Virus record (IMG/VR): IMGVR_UViG_3300031946_000009
Location: 1-47,914 of that record
Reading direction: 5' to 3' (one strand)
DNA length: 47,914 nt
Source of the DNA: a virus
Taxonomy: Duplodnaviria > Caudoviricetes
The notes beneath the pieces were generated by a model. It saw only the letters and a list, made by a program, of their open reading frames with translations, searched no databases and was not told where the DNA came from. This document shows positions 37,301 through 44,556 of this stretch, piece after piece (positions within the stretch are counted from its first letter, which is position 1; each line of letters opens with the position of its first letter). Made by a program: the position numbers and the translations under genes.

Positions 37301-38321
37301 GGTTCAGCGCAGCCATATTGGCGCCGGTGGAGTCTTTGGCGCCCACCGCGGTTCCGGAGGCTGGGAAGGAGGACCCAAAACCCGAGGAGGTACCACCACT
37401 AGCTCCACCAGCCTTAACATTTACCAGCAGGTTACCTGCGCTATCCAGCTGGAGCGGGGAAGCATTACCAGAGGTAATCGTGGTAGGTGCGGTGTTGAAC
37501 TCCGCGCCCACCAATAGCATACCAGTTGGAGGGGTAACATTTTGGGCAGAAGAACAATCCAACGTAGCGTTGGCATTACCGAACAAGTTTGTTTTGAGCG
37601 CGGTCATACCGCTGGCGCCCTGGACGGTCAGGACATCGGTGCTCGCAGAACCTGCGGTCCCTAACGCGGGCTGTTTGGCGGAGGTGGCTGCGCCAGTAGG
37701 GAGGCTGACGGTCCCTGAAATGTTGGTGATATTCCAGGCGCCAGACTGGGTCGCAGCCACCGTACCTGTGACCGGGAAGGAGCCTCCGGTACCATCCACC
37801 TTGAGGGCGGTCATACCGGAGACGCCTTGCACCGTGATTACGTCAGCTGACGGAACGCCGGCGGTCCCGAGAGCAGGTTGCTTCGCCGAAGTGCTGGCGC
37901 CGGTGGGCAGCGGAACAGAGCCTGTTATGTTCCGTATATCCCAGCTACCAGACTGCGTCGCCGCAAGCGAGCTGTCAGAGCTAACGGTCACCCGTGGAAT
38001 GCCCACGCCCCCGATCCCAGTTCCGGTGACCACCGCGGAGCCGCCGAACTGACTCACGTTCTGGGACCAGGGAGCGCCCGCTTGACCCACATTACCGATG
38101 GTGCTGGCACTCGGTTGCAGCACGATACCACCAGCTATATCTCGGCTTATGGATCGAAGGTGAGCATTAATAGTGCCTGCGGCGCCCGCGACAATCGCGC
38201 TGTCGGTGGTGGCTCCAAGGACCGCATTAGCTCCATCTACAAGGGTCATGCCCAATGTTGTGATATTTCCGGTGCCCAGGTCTGGGATACCATTCGTGAT
38301 ATGTACAACAGGGTCGGCCAT
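34320..38321 (-). CDS. Long Thr/Gly/Ala/Ser-rich repetitive fibre or adhesin-like protein (1333 aa)
   Basis: About five copies of a WNITNISGTVSLPTGAATS..Q-type repeat, three TFWQxTQP, three GGTSSxFG; very few charged residues. Confidence 0.8.
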   Translation of the reverse strand: MADPVVHITNGIPDLGTGNITTLGMTLVDGANAVLGATTDSAIVAGAAGTINAHLRSISRDIAGGIVLQPSASTIGNVGQAGAPWSQNVSQFGGSAVVTGTGIGGVGIPRVTVSSDSSLAATQSGSWDIRNITGSVPLPTGASTSAKQPALGTAGVPSADVITVQGVSGMTALKVDGTGGSFPVTGTVAATQSGAWNITNISGTVSLPTGAATSAKQPALGTAGSASTDVLTVQGASGMTALKTNLFGNANATLDCSSAQNVTPPTGMLLVGAEFNTAPTTITSGNASPLQLDSAGNLLVNVKAGGASGGTSSGFGSSFPASGTAVGAKDSTGANMAALNLDASGNLKVNVAAGGASGGTSSSFGAAIPGTGTAAGFSDGTNMQLARVFDGDTGAGTQYDLGVLLKTPASGGAVDIGVSGQPLRIDPTGTTTQPVSGTVTVTQGTAANLNATVSGTVTANQGGTWNITNISGTVSLPTGAATSANQPTNASLGSTTSGQTGTLSLGAVTTAAPTYTNLQTNALSLTTAGALRVDGSGSTQPVSGTVNAAQSGTWNITNISGTVSLPTGAATAVNQCTAATVGSTTAGQSGHLAMGAVTTSAPSYTTGQTDPLSLTTTGLLRVDGSGVTQPVSGTITANQGGTWTVQPGNTANTTAWLVTGTGGTFPATQSGTWNITNISGTISLPTGAATSANQPSNASQGSTTSGQTGTLGMGAVTTGSPTYVTAQTAPLSLDTTGALRVNVTAGSGGGGTSSSFGSAFPATGTAIGVMNSAGTAMTNLKVNASGGLVVDGSAVTQPVSGTFWQTTQPVSIAASVTVQQATAANLNATVTGTVAATQSGNWTARIVGNGGSTLDTVASNNAAMSANMLIIGGQFNTSPGSITTGSAGVLQLNSTGSLRVDGSLVTQPVSGTFWQATQPVSIAATVAMNETQLNSVALGSPSNYGTSPGAVSVQGVNAFVTNTVTTSVSGSVAVTGTFWQATQPISAASLPLPSGASTSALQPTNAGQNSTTSGQTGTLAMTATSGSAPSYTNATTNPLSTDNSGNLRTVSQPVGGSYTGTGTWNNATALNSTQGIITTLQPAYNSIVGQITTTTTITGGAITFEESFDSAATWKTIPWERIIDPSTGALLNNPFTLTANLTQPFCVLTSGVSQVRVRLSTVIAGTGTASFQYTLNSINNIQGTSAVGPSQNYTAVSTLPATTTVGQTVGALSDQTGRMVVIGALRTQKQRQKTNITTTTETAISAAPGAGKWLDCYGIICTNSSATATIVDFRDSTGGNIQATLAIPAGDTRGFTMPIDAAIMATGTNTNWTAQPRTAVSSVEVTFLGVITQ

Positions 38322-38323
38322 TG

Positions 38324-38791
38324 TCAGAACCCATAGATGTAATACGTCGGCACATAAGCCGCCGTGGTTATTGTGATGGTGGTGGAGATAACTGGTCGGT
38401 CACCGAGGCCGTTGTTGGCCTGAATGGTGATCGGGATGGTCTGTGGGGTAGGTAAGGCAGCTCCGACCTGGATCTGGTTGCCAACGATTGTAAAATAGCT
38501 TCCGGGATTAGAAACGAAGGAATAGGAATAAGTCCCGAACCCATTAACCACAGACAAGGTCCCAACCACGGTCCCAATCGGGCTTCCAGCAGGGACGCTG
38601 AGCACCACTGGTGACGTAACAATAGAGGATATTGCTCCAGCAACCCCAGCTCCACGCCGACGGCGTAGGATATACTTAACAAGGCGGACATATTCTTCGT
38701 AATCGATGTCCGGCCCGACCTGGATGTTGGAGTCCAGGTTTTCCAGTTCTTTGAGATCTTCCGGTGTGAGGCCGTGTGGAAGATCATTCAC
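38324..38791 (-). CDS. Protein with a cadherin/Ig-like domain
   Basis: Probable GTG start after GGGGAG; PIGTVVGTLSV...YSYSF...FTIVGNQI...ITIQANNG pattern. Confidence 0.6.
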   Translation of the reverse strand: MNDLPHGLTPEDLKELENLDSNIQVGPDIDYEEYVRLVKYILRRRRGAGVAGAISSIVTSPVVLSVPAGSPIGTVVGTLSVVNGFGTYSYSFVSNPGSYFTIVGNQIQVGAALPTPQTIPITIQANNGLGDRPVISTTITITTAAYVPTYYIYGF

Positions 38792-38840
38792 AACAAGCTC
38801 CCCTGATGGCGAAGAGGAGAGCACCCCGCAGCGCGGGGGC

Positions 38841-39377
38841 TCAATCCTCCCCGTCCGGCTCCGTCGGTCCCGCAACCGTCTTCACCGAACCCTCGACAAC
38901 CTTGAGCTTCTCTCGAGCAGCCGCGAGGGCCTCCGCACTCACCACGTTGTTGTTCACAACGACCGCGGGGGTCTCTCGCATGGATGGGCCGTAGCCCAGT
39001 CTGTCTAGAGTGTTCTTGGTTAGCTCGTTTAGGACCGGCAGAGGGATTGCATCCCGCTTCTTCTCCAGGTGCTCGATGGTAGCATCTAGAGCTAGGTCTG
39101 CGGCCTTGGTGATCTTGGCGACCATACGGCGATCCAGTTGGTCTTCAAACTGGGCGCGCCGCTGGGAATACCTGGCTTTAAAGAGGTCGGAGCCACAGAT
39201 CGTGTAAATGGTGCTGGGGCTCCGACCAAGTCTCCTAGCCACGTCTGCCAGGGAGGTACCAGGGTTAGCCAGAAGATCATCAATGATATTATCATACCAC
39301 AACATACTCCCGGCCTTGGTGGCGGGAGGTGTATCAGCTAGGTCCATGAAGAACCTCGGTGGAATAACATATGTCAT
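38841..39377 (-). CDS. Putative terminase small subunit (HTH)
   Basis: HTH SLADVARRLGRSPSTIYTI, helical body and LDRLGYG motif; first gene of the virion arm. Confidence 0.65.
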   Translation of the reverse strand: MTYVIPPRFFMDLADTPPATKAGSMLWYDNIIDDLLANPGTSLADVARRLGRSPSTIYTICGSDLFKARYSQRRAQFEDQLDRRMVAKITKAADLALDATIEHLEKKRDAIPLPVLNELTKNTLDRLGYGPSMRETPAVVVNNNVVSAEALAAAREKLKVVEGSVKTVAGPTEPDGED

Positions 39378-39390
39378 ACCGCAAACATAT

Positions 39391-39407
39391 GCCGGGCGAA
39401 GCCCGGC
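39391..39407. promoter_or_regulatory. GCGAAGC-type hairpin just upstream of the late arm
   Basis: GCCGGGC-GAA-GCCCGGC, a perfect 7-bp stem with a 3-nt loop, 13 nt from the terS ATG. Confidence 0.4.
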
Positions 39408-39589
39408 GGGGTCAGGAGTCGGTTAATGGGGATATTTACCTGGATGACCTCACGCTGCCCGCGTGGCCCTCGCGGGGGGCGAGCGAGCTGGGGTGGGGGG
39501 AGGCCCGCCAAGCCATTGAAGCTACACGCGAATCCAAGCTCTGAACAACCATGCAGATTCATAGCTACACCTTCTCACGATCATGTTAC

Positions 39590-39617
39590 TTGCATTGGGC
39601 TGTGGGAGGTGTATATT
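39590..39617 (+). promoter_or_regulatory. Candidate sigma70-type promoter
   Basis: TTGCAT-N16-TATATT upstream of AAGGAG and ATG 39649. Confidence 0.45.
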
Positions 39618-39648
39618 ACCCAGACTGAAACGAAGCAAGGAGCAACGG

Positions 39649-39831
39649 ATGGCTTGGACGGTTGATAGCTGGCGCTCGGATGCCTACGACCCCGCGGTCG
39701 ATGGCGAGCCCATTGTCCCCGTCGTCACCTACAATGGTGTGACTCTTTATCCCGCATGGTTCGATACGCGTAACGCGTGGACGATCAGGTCGGAGGATTG
39801 GTCAGACCTTGGCCTCGACGACTGGGCGTAA
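39649..39831 (+). CDS. Small acidic early protein (60 aa)
   Basis: RBS AAGGAG; MAWTVDSW...LGLDDWA. Confidence 0.65.
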   Translation: MAWTVDSWRSDAYDPAVDGEPIVPVVTYNGVTLYPAWFDTRNAWTIRSEDWSDLGLDDWA

Positions 39832-39880
39832 GGGAACCTGCTGTGGCGCAAATGCCACAGCAGAATCTACCCGGCAGCTA

Positions 39881-39909
39881 TTGACAAACGCTATCGCTGA
39901 TGCTATCTT
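39881..39909 (+). promoter_or_regulatory. Strong sigma70-type early promoter
   Basis: TTGACA-N17-TATCTT with an extended -10 TG. Confidence 0.75.
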
Positions 39910-39938
39910 AGCTTTGTTGTTAACCAACGGAGTCAGAT

Positions 39939-40547
39939 ATGTCAGAAACGACAGTGAATGAAACTTCCCGCAAAGCCCGCCGCGATTGGATTGACGCGAA
40001 GGGTAATCCGGTAGAGTCTGGTGATGAGAAGGACGCGGTCGGTTTCCGCTATACTCATATACCGACTGCGAAGCGGATTGACGTGGACTTCGATCCGGAT
40101 ACCGACATCGGGCCGTCCGAAGCGGTGTTCGAGTTGAGCAATATACCGGAACCTACCAAGACGATGCTCGCCATATTCGGCGGACTCACCTTGGCGGGGA
40201 ACATCGTGTCCACAGCGACTAACCCGAAGTCGAAGGGTGATCCGCTGGCGAACCCGATCCCGGACATCGTTGCCCGGTTCGAAGAGATGGGCAACGGAGT
40301 GTGGAGTGGCGAGCGTGGCGCTGGTGGGCCTCGGTACAACTTCGACGCGTTGTCGAAGGCGATTGCCGCGGTCAAAGGTGAGAACGATCCGAACCCCTAC
40401 TTGGCCAAGTTGGAGGCCAAGGAGAAAGTTACGATCAAGGGCAAGGGCTCGATCCTTTATGCCGCTTACGCCATGAAGAACACGGAAGTGCAGAAGCACT
40501 ACGCGAGGCTGACTGGTGCCGAAGAAGTGAAGGCAACAGACCTCTAA
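39939..40547 (+). CDS. Early hypothetical protein (202 aa), apparently monocistronic
   Basis: RBS GGAG; has its own promoter and terminator. Confidence 0.85.
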   Translation: MSETTVNETSRKARRDWIDAKGNPVESGDEKDAVGFRYTHIPTAKRIDVDFDPDTDIGPSEAVFELSNIPEPTKTMLAIFGGLTLAGNIVSTATNPKSKGDPLANPIPDIVARFEEMGNGVWSGERGAGGPRYNFDALSKAIAAVKGENDPNPYLAKLEAKEKVTIKGKGSILYAAYAMKNTEVQKHYARLTGAEEVKATDL

Positions 40548-40593
40548 GATCCAGATCGGGGCGCGCAAATGCGCCCCGACGATCTTGTTCCAG

Positions 40594-40621
40594 ATCGGGC
40601 CGAAGCGGCCCGATTTTTTTT
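40594..40621 (+). terminator. Rho-independent terminator
   Basis: ATCGGGCC-gaagc-GGCCCGAT followed by a T run; a second hairpin lies at 40556..40579. Confidence 0.85.
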
Positions 40622-40633
40622 GCTCCTGGTTCC

Positions 40634-40710
40634 CTTTACACAAATATAGAGACTTCACCAGGATAGCTGGCGCGCGAGCGCGCGAGGTCTTTACACAAAT
40701 ATAGAGACTT
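40634..40710. repeat. 22-bp perfect direct repeat, two copies, with a 33-bp spacer
   Basis: CTTTACACAAATATAGAGACTT at 40634..40655 and 40689..40710. Confidence 0.9.
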
Positions 40711-40792
40711 GCTCAATGGTGCCTCAATGTGCCTCAATATCCCTGGTGTCCAGTATTCGGCAGACCCCCCACACCCAGAGGCCGGAACCATG

Positions 40793-40825
40793 ATGGGGCC
40801 ATTAGCGGTGTGATAATGTACCCAT
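40793..40825. promoter_or_regulatory. Dispersed palindrome, copy 3
   Basis: AT-GGGGCCATTAGC-ggtgt-GATAATGTACCC-AT in the large non-coding region. Confidence 0.65.
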
Positions 40826-41026
40826 GTTGGAAAGGGTAGGGTGGGGTACTCATGCTCCAGAAATTTTTTTTTTCATATTTCTATATATACACAGAGGGAG
40901 CAGCACCCACCCACCGCGCCCCCGGCTGAGCCCCAGGGGTTCTGGGATTGAGGGGCATGAGGTACACTGAGGGAGATCGAGGTCTACATCAGGCATCACA
41001 AAGTTGTGATCGGTATCTGGGTGGGG

Positions 41027-41055
41027 TTGATTTTGGGCCGATTAAGTGCTATCTG
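41027..41055 (+). promoter_or_regulatory. Sigma70-type early promoter
   Basis: TTGATT-N17-TATCTG with the same TGCTATCT -10 context as the 39881 promoter; palindrome ATCACAAAGTTGTGAT at 40995..41010 just upstream. Confidence 0.6.
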
Positions 41056-41099
41056 TATTCTGATGCCCGGATTCTGACTCCACTCTAAGGATCGAGAAA

Positions 41100-41519
41100 A
41101 TGCTAAAGATCACAGAAACTGAAGCATCCGAGCTAATCTTGGATAGCTACCTAATGCAGATCCATACCACTCTGTGTGATCGCTGTGGCTCTGGTGAGCG
41201 TTACGGTCAGCTGTACGAAGTTTGGGTGCATCCTGTTAAGACACCGAAATCAGGATACAAGGAATTCCGTCCCGCACGCGGGGCGCTCAAAGACTTACCG
41301 ATTGCCTATGTGGATATGGCCGAGCAGCGCAATTCAGTCTGTTCGGATTGTGTCCACACTTACCAGACCAGAAACAATCAACCCGCATTACCTGCCGTCA
41401 GCGCGCAAGCATGGGCCGAAACGCTGAAAAGGAAATACACGCCAGAGGTGAAAGAACCAAAGGTTGCTCGCAGCGCTGGCGCCGCGGGCATCCCCGCGCC
41501 CACTCCAGATGAACTATGA
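41100..41519 (+). CDS. Early protein with a putative Zn ribbon
   Basis: CDRC...CSDC; RBS AAGGA; ends PTPDEL. Confidence 0.8.
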   Translation: MLKITETEASELILDSYLMQIHTTLCDRCGSGERYGQLYEVWVHPVKTPKSGYKEFRPARGALKDLPIAYVDMAEQRNSVCSDCVHTYQTRNNQPALPAVSAQAWAETLKRKYTPEVKEPKVARSAGAAGIPAPTPDEL

Positions 41520-41665
41520 ACACAGATCATGACCAACTTCTCGTTTGGCTGAAGCAGTTACGCGAGAAGATCGACAAGCTAATCTCATTAAGAGAAAAGG
41601 AGATCGAAAGCTACAAGAATACTGGTTTCAATCCCGACGATACAACCCGCAAAGAGGAGGACTAG
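41516..41665 (+). CDS. Small coiled-coil protein, 49 aa (not in the ORF track)
   Basis: ATGA overlap; MNTDHDQLLVWLKQLREKIDKLISLREKE...; fills the gap exactly. Confidence 0.55.
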   Translation: MNTDHDQLLVWLKQLREKIDKLISLREKEIESYKNTGFNPDDTTRKEED

Positions 41666-41666
41666 C

Positions 41667-42320
41667 ATGACTAACCTGGTGAATCGGACAGGGGAGCTAC
41701 AAGCTCCACAGCTCGATTACATTCTGGTCGATGGTTCATCGTCCATGATGGATAAATGGTGGGACTCCATTGGCGCGCTCGATGGCTTCTTGAGCGTGCT
41801 GAAAGCCCAGAATGTCAACTCGCAAGTTATCTTGCACACGTTTGATTCCAGGGATTTGGAATCGATCCAGCGAGATTGTCTCTTGCGAGACGTGGGTCAA
41901 CTGACTGACGTCGGTGCCCATTGGGGAATGACACCACTGTATGACGCAATCAATCTGATGGTCCGCAAACTTGCAGCTCTTGATCCACCAAGCTGCTCGA
42001 TTGTCATTGTGACGGATGGAGATGACACTTCATCAACATCCACCGATGTGACCCAAGCGCGCGCCCTGTTGGATTGGTGTCGAGCAAAAGGTTGGCAAGT
42101 TACCTTTATCGGCGCCGACTTTAACAACTTCAGGCAGGCCCGCTTACTTGGAGCTGACGAAAGCAACAGCGTCGGGGTCCAAAAGGCCAAGCTGCTTGAA
42201 GCTGGCAAGACCCTTGGAGAGAAAAGGGTTCGTCACTCCCGATCTGGTGACGATATTAATTTCTCAGAAGATGAACGCAAAAACTTTGGTGGATACCTGA
42301 CCAATGGAAACGGAAAGTAA
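41667..42320 (+). CDS. von Willebrand factor A (vWA) domain protein
   Basis: MIDAS DGSSS, TPLYDAI and VIVTDG motifs; RBS GAGGAGG. Confidence 0.88.
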   Translation: MTNLVNRTGELQAPQLDYILVDGSSSMMDKWWDSIGALDGFLSVLKAQNVNSQVILHTFDSRDLESIQRDCLLRDVGQLTDVGAHWGMTPLYDAINLMVRKLAALDPPSCSIVIVTDGDDTSSTSTDVTQARALLDWCRAKGWQVTFIGADFNNFRQARLLGADESNSVGVQKAKLLEAGKTLGEKRVRHSRSGDDINFSEDERKNFGGYLTNGNGK

Positions 42321-42900
42321 AGTCCCTAAACAGGATTTGCTGACCAAATTGCTCAAGATGACCTCCTCGTCTAACGACGGGGAGGCCTTGACCGCAATCC
42401 GGAAGGCAAACGACCTGCTCAAATCCGCAGGCTGGGATTGGGACAAACTTATGGCTGGCAAGATCAAGGTTGCCGCTGACCCGTTTGCCAATCTTCAGCA
42501 GCCCCATAACCCTGGGATGGGCGCACCGAGGCCCACTCCCCCAACACCACCTAGGCCTCAGCCCGCGCCGAGGCCGCAACCGAAACCCCAACCTGCGCCG
42601 CCACCGCGACCGCAGCCGCCACCGCCACCGCCGAAACCTTTTGAGCCGTTCAGCCATCAGACCACAAATGGCCAGACCAATAATTTCCCCGGCAATTGTT
42701 ATTGCTGTGGATATTCGGTATCAGCCAAGCAGGGCAAGCTGTTCGTACCTTCTAGTTTCAACAGCGCGGCGCCCGGAGGCAAGAAGGTAATCTGTGACGC
42801 ATGTGACACCAACAAACATTCTTTCATCGACCGCCGTCCAGCGCCGCAGCCGAAAACGCAGCCATTCACTGGTCCCGCACCCCGCGCCAGTGATTTATAG
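42304..42900 (+). CDS. DUF2786-like N-terminus + Pro-rich linker + Zn finger
   Basis: KLLKMTSSSNDGEALTAIRKA; PQPAPRPQPKP linker; CYCC...CDAC; ends PRASDL. Confidence 0.75.
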   Translation: METESKVPKQDLLTKLLKMTSSSNDGEALTAIRKANDLLKSAGWDWDKLMAGKIKVAADPFANLQQPHNPGMGAPRPTPPTPPRPQPAPRPQPKPQPAPPPRPQPPPPPPKPFEPFSHQTTNGQTNNFPGNCYCCGYSVSAKQGKLFVPSSFNSAAPGGKKVICDACDTNKHSFIDRRPAPQPKTQPFTGPAPRASDL

Positions 42901-42913
42901 AGGAGAGACCGTT

Positions 42914-42988
42914 ATGATGTGGACAGACTTAATCCTAGCCCTAGCAGCCGCGATCGCGTGCGCTATCACCATCTGGGAGGCCCGATGA
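42914..42988 (+). CDS. 24-aa single-TM microprotein
   Basis: RBS AGGAG; MMWTDLILALAAAIACAITIWEAR. Confidence 0.55.
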   Translation: MMWTDLILALAAAIACAITIWEAR

Positions 42989-43059
42989 CCACCCCAGAGA
43001 TATTGCTCGCACTGAGCATCGTAACCCTAATCGTGGCTGCATTAGCAGGAGCAAGGTAA
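42985..43059 (+). CDS. 24-aa single-TM microprotein
   Basis: RBS GGGAGG; ATGA overlap; MTTPEILLALSIVTLIVAALAGAR. Confidence 0.55.
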   Translation: MTTPEILLALSIVTLIVAALAGAR

Positions 43060-43211
43060 TGCGCGAGTATTGGCTCACCCTGAACTTCCAGGTTGAGGCG
43101 CGCGACGAACAGGAAGCTGGCGAGATCGCCAGCGACCTGCTCGAAGCGGCCAAAAAGAACGTCCCGTGGAAACTGATCGGTGGCGAAATCACCGAGATTG
43201 AGGAGGCTTGA
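43059..43211 (+). CDS. 50-aa acidic hypothetical protein
   Basis: TAATG coupling, RBS AGGAG; MREYWLTLNFQVEARDEQEA... Confidence 0.6.
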   Translation: MREYWLTLNFQVEARDEQEAGEIASDLLEAAKKNVPWKLIGGEITEIEEA

Positions 43212-43634
43212 TTGGACCAGCTTAAGGCAATGATCGCTCAGCACGGCGCTAAGGCTCTGTTCAGCGATCAAGGGATGCACTTTACCAAGAGTGCAATGAC
43301 CATACTCAAACGGAATGCCAGCGCCGCCGCCAGCACGGTTAGGATTCCAGGTATCCGGGACAAAATCCCGGACCACCTGCGGCAAGACATTCTATCCCAA
43401 AGCTACAACATGATCGAGGTGATTGGGCGCTGTAGCTTTCTCCTTATCCTGTTCGAGACCGGCCGGATAGATCCAGATGAGTCAGACGAGCTAATCAAAA
43501 TCTTTAGCTCAATGTACAACAACGCCTGCGAGCGAGATGACGAGCTGCGCAAGCTGTGCAAGCTCACCATCGACACTTACGCGGAGTCCGGCTACCTGGA
43601 GCAATTCAACTCTGTGCCAGATAAGGAATACTAA
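43212..43634 (+). CDS. Hypothetical protein
   Basis: 140 aa; TTG start after GAGGAGG. Confidence 0.7.
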   Translation: MDQLKAMIAQHGAKALFSDQGMHFTKSAMTILKRNASAAASTVRIPGIRDKIPDHLRQDILSQSYNMIEVIGRCSFLLILFETGRIDPDESDELIKIFSSMYNNACERDDELRKLCKLTIDTYAESGYLEQFNSVPDKEY

Positions 43635-43910
43635 ATGCCCGATCTATATCTGATCGCGCACAAAGTTCGAGGCGAGCGCGCATTCGATATTGGATACCAG
43701 ATGGAGGACGGAGGTTGGATCATCCCAACCTCCGGCCATCTGGCGCATCCATTTTGGACCTACAAGCTCGCTGACCTGTTTGCATATGATAACGTCGGAC
43801 AACCGCCCGACGAATTACGTGACCACTATGCTGCATCCGACCTGCTTAAACGTAAACCTGTGCGCCGAGAACGCAGCAGCTTCGACGCACCAACCGCGGA
43901 GGACTTATGA
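43635..43910 (+). CDS. Hypothetical phage protein
   Basis: LYLIAHKVRGE...WIIPTSGH; RBS AAGGA; ends PTAEDL. Confidence 0.75.
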   Translation: MPDLYLIAHKVRGERAFDIGYQMEDGGWIIPTSGHLAHPFWTYKLADLFAYDNVGQPPDELRDHYAASDLLKRKPVRRERSSFDAPTAEDL

Positions 43911-44125
43911 CCCAAGACGAAGAGAAAGCCCTAGCTCGCAGCATCGAGTATCTGATCGACCGATATGGTATCGATCACTTCCTATCCATGTCCGGATTTG
44001 TTGCTGGCGAGAAAGCTGAGCATGTTGCTGTTAATTGGCAAGACACTCGGCGCGGCAAGGCATGGATGGAGATCAGTGAAGGTCTAGACGCTTTGCAAGC
44101 CAAAGCAGAAAGGTGGAAGTTATAA
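43907..44125 (+). CDS. Hypothetical protein
   Basis: 72 aa; RBS GGAGG; ATGA overlap. Confidence 0.7.
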   Translation: MTQDEEKALARSIEYLIDRYGIDHFLSMSGFVAGEKAEHVAVNWQDTRRGKAWMEISEGLDALQAKAERWKL

Positions 44126-44556
44126 TGTACAGACCCCGCGTGTACACAGCGAGCAAGCTGCACCATTATCCTTATTGGCTACAACTCCGAGACCATGCCG
44201 ACTGGGATTTTATCGAATGGACCGCAAGTTGGCCGGGCAAACTCCAGAAAGGTCTAGAAGCAACCAGCACCCCAACAGAGTTTGCTAACCATTGGTCACA
44301 GGACATCCGCGAGATTCGCGAGTCCGACTTTGTCCTAATCAAGTTCGATGATGGACTCAGGGGCGCCCTCGTCGAGGCGGGCGCCGGCATTGCCTTCGGC
44401 CTCAAGATTGTGGCCGCGGGCTTCGGCCCCGGAGATACCTGGACCTACCATCCTCAGGTAATCCGCGTCTACAATATGGATATGGCTCGCAAGTGCCTAT
44501 ACCAATATACCACGATGGTTCCTCCCGCAAGCCGAAAGAGGTTGAAAGATGACTAA
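44125..44556 (+). CDS. Nucleoside 2-deoxyribosyltransferase-like (NDT) protein
   Basis: RVYTAS...DIREIRESDFVL...RGALVEAGAGIAFGLKI matches the NDT/N-glycosidase pattern including the catalytic Glu. Confidence 0.7.
   Translation: MYRPRVYTASKLHHYPYWLQLRDHADWDFIEWTASWPGKLQKGLEATSTPTEFANHWSQDIREIRESDFVLIKFDDGLRGALVEAGAGIAFGLKIVAAGFGPGDTWTYHPQVIRVYNMDMARKCLYQYTTMVPPASRKRLKDD

Noticed and set aside
40634-40710. Mini-CRISPR array (repeat-33 bp spacer-repeat), given a Cas4-like gene in the genome
   Set aside because: There are only two 22-bp copies, shorter than typical repeats and without a recognisable CRISPR repeat end. The spacer is itself palindromic. The Cas4-like gene sits in an ordinary phage recombination module. 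It is kept only as a direct repeat.
39560-41100. tRNA or other known ncRNA genes in the non-coding region
   Set aside because: No cloverleaf with a T-loop GTTCRA and matching D-arm was found by eye.
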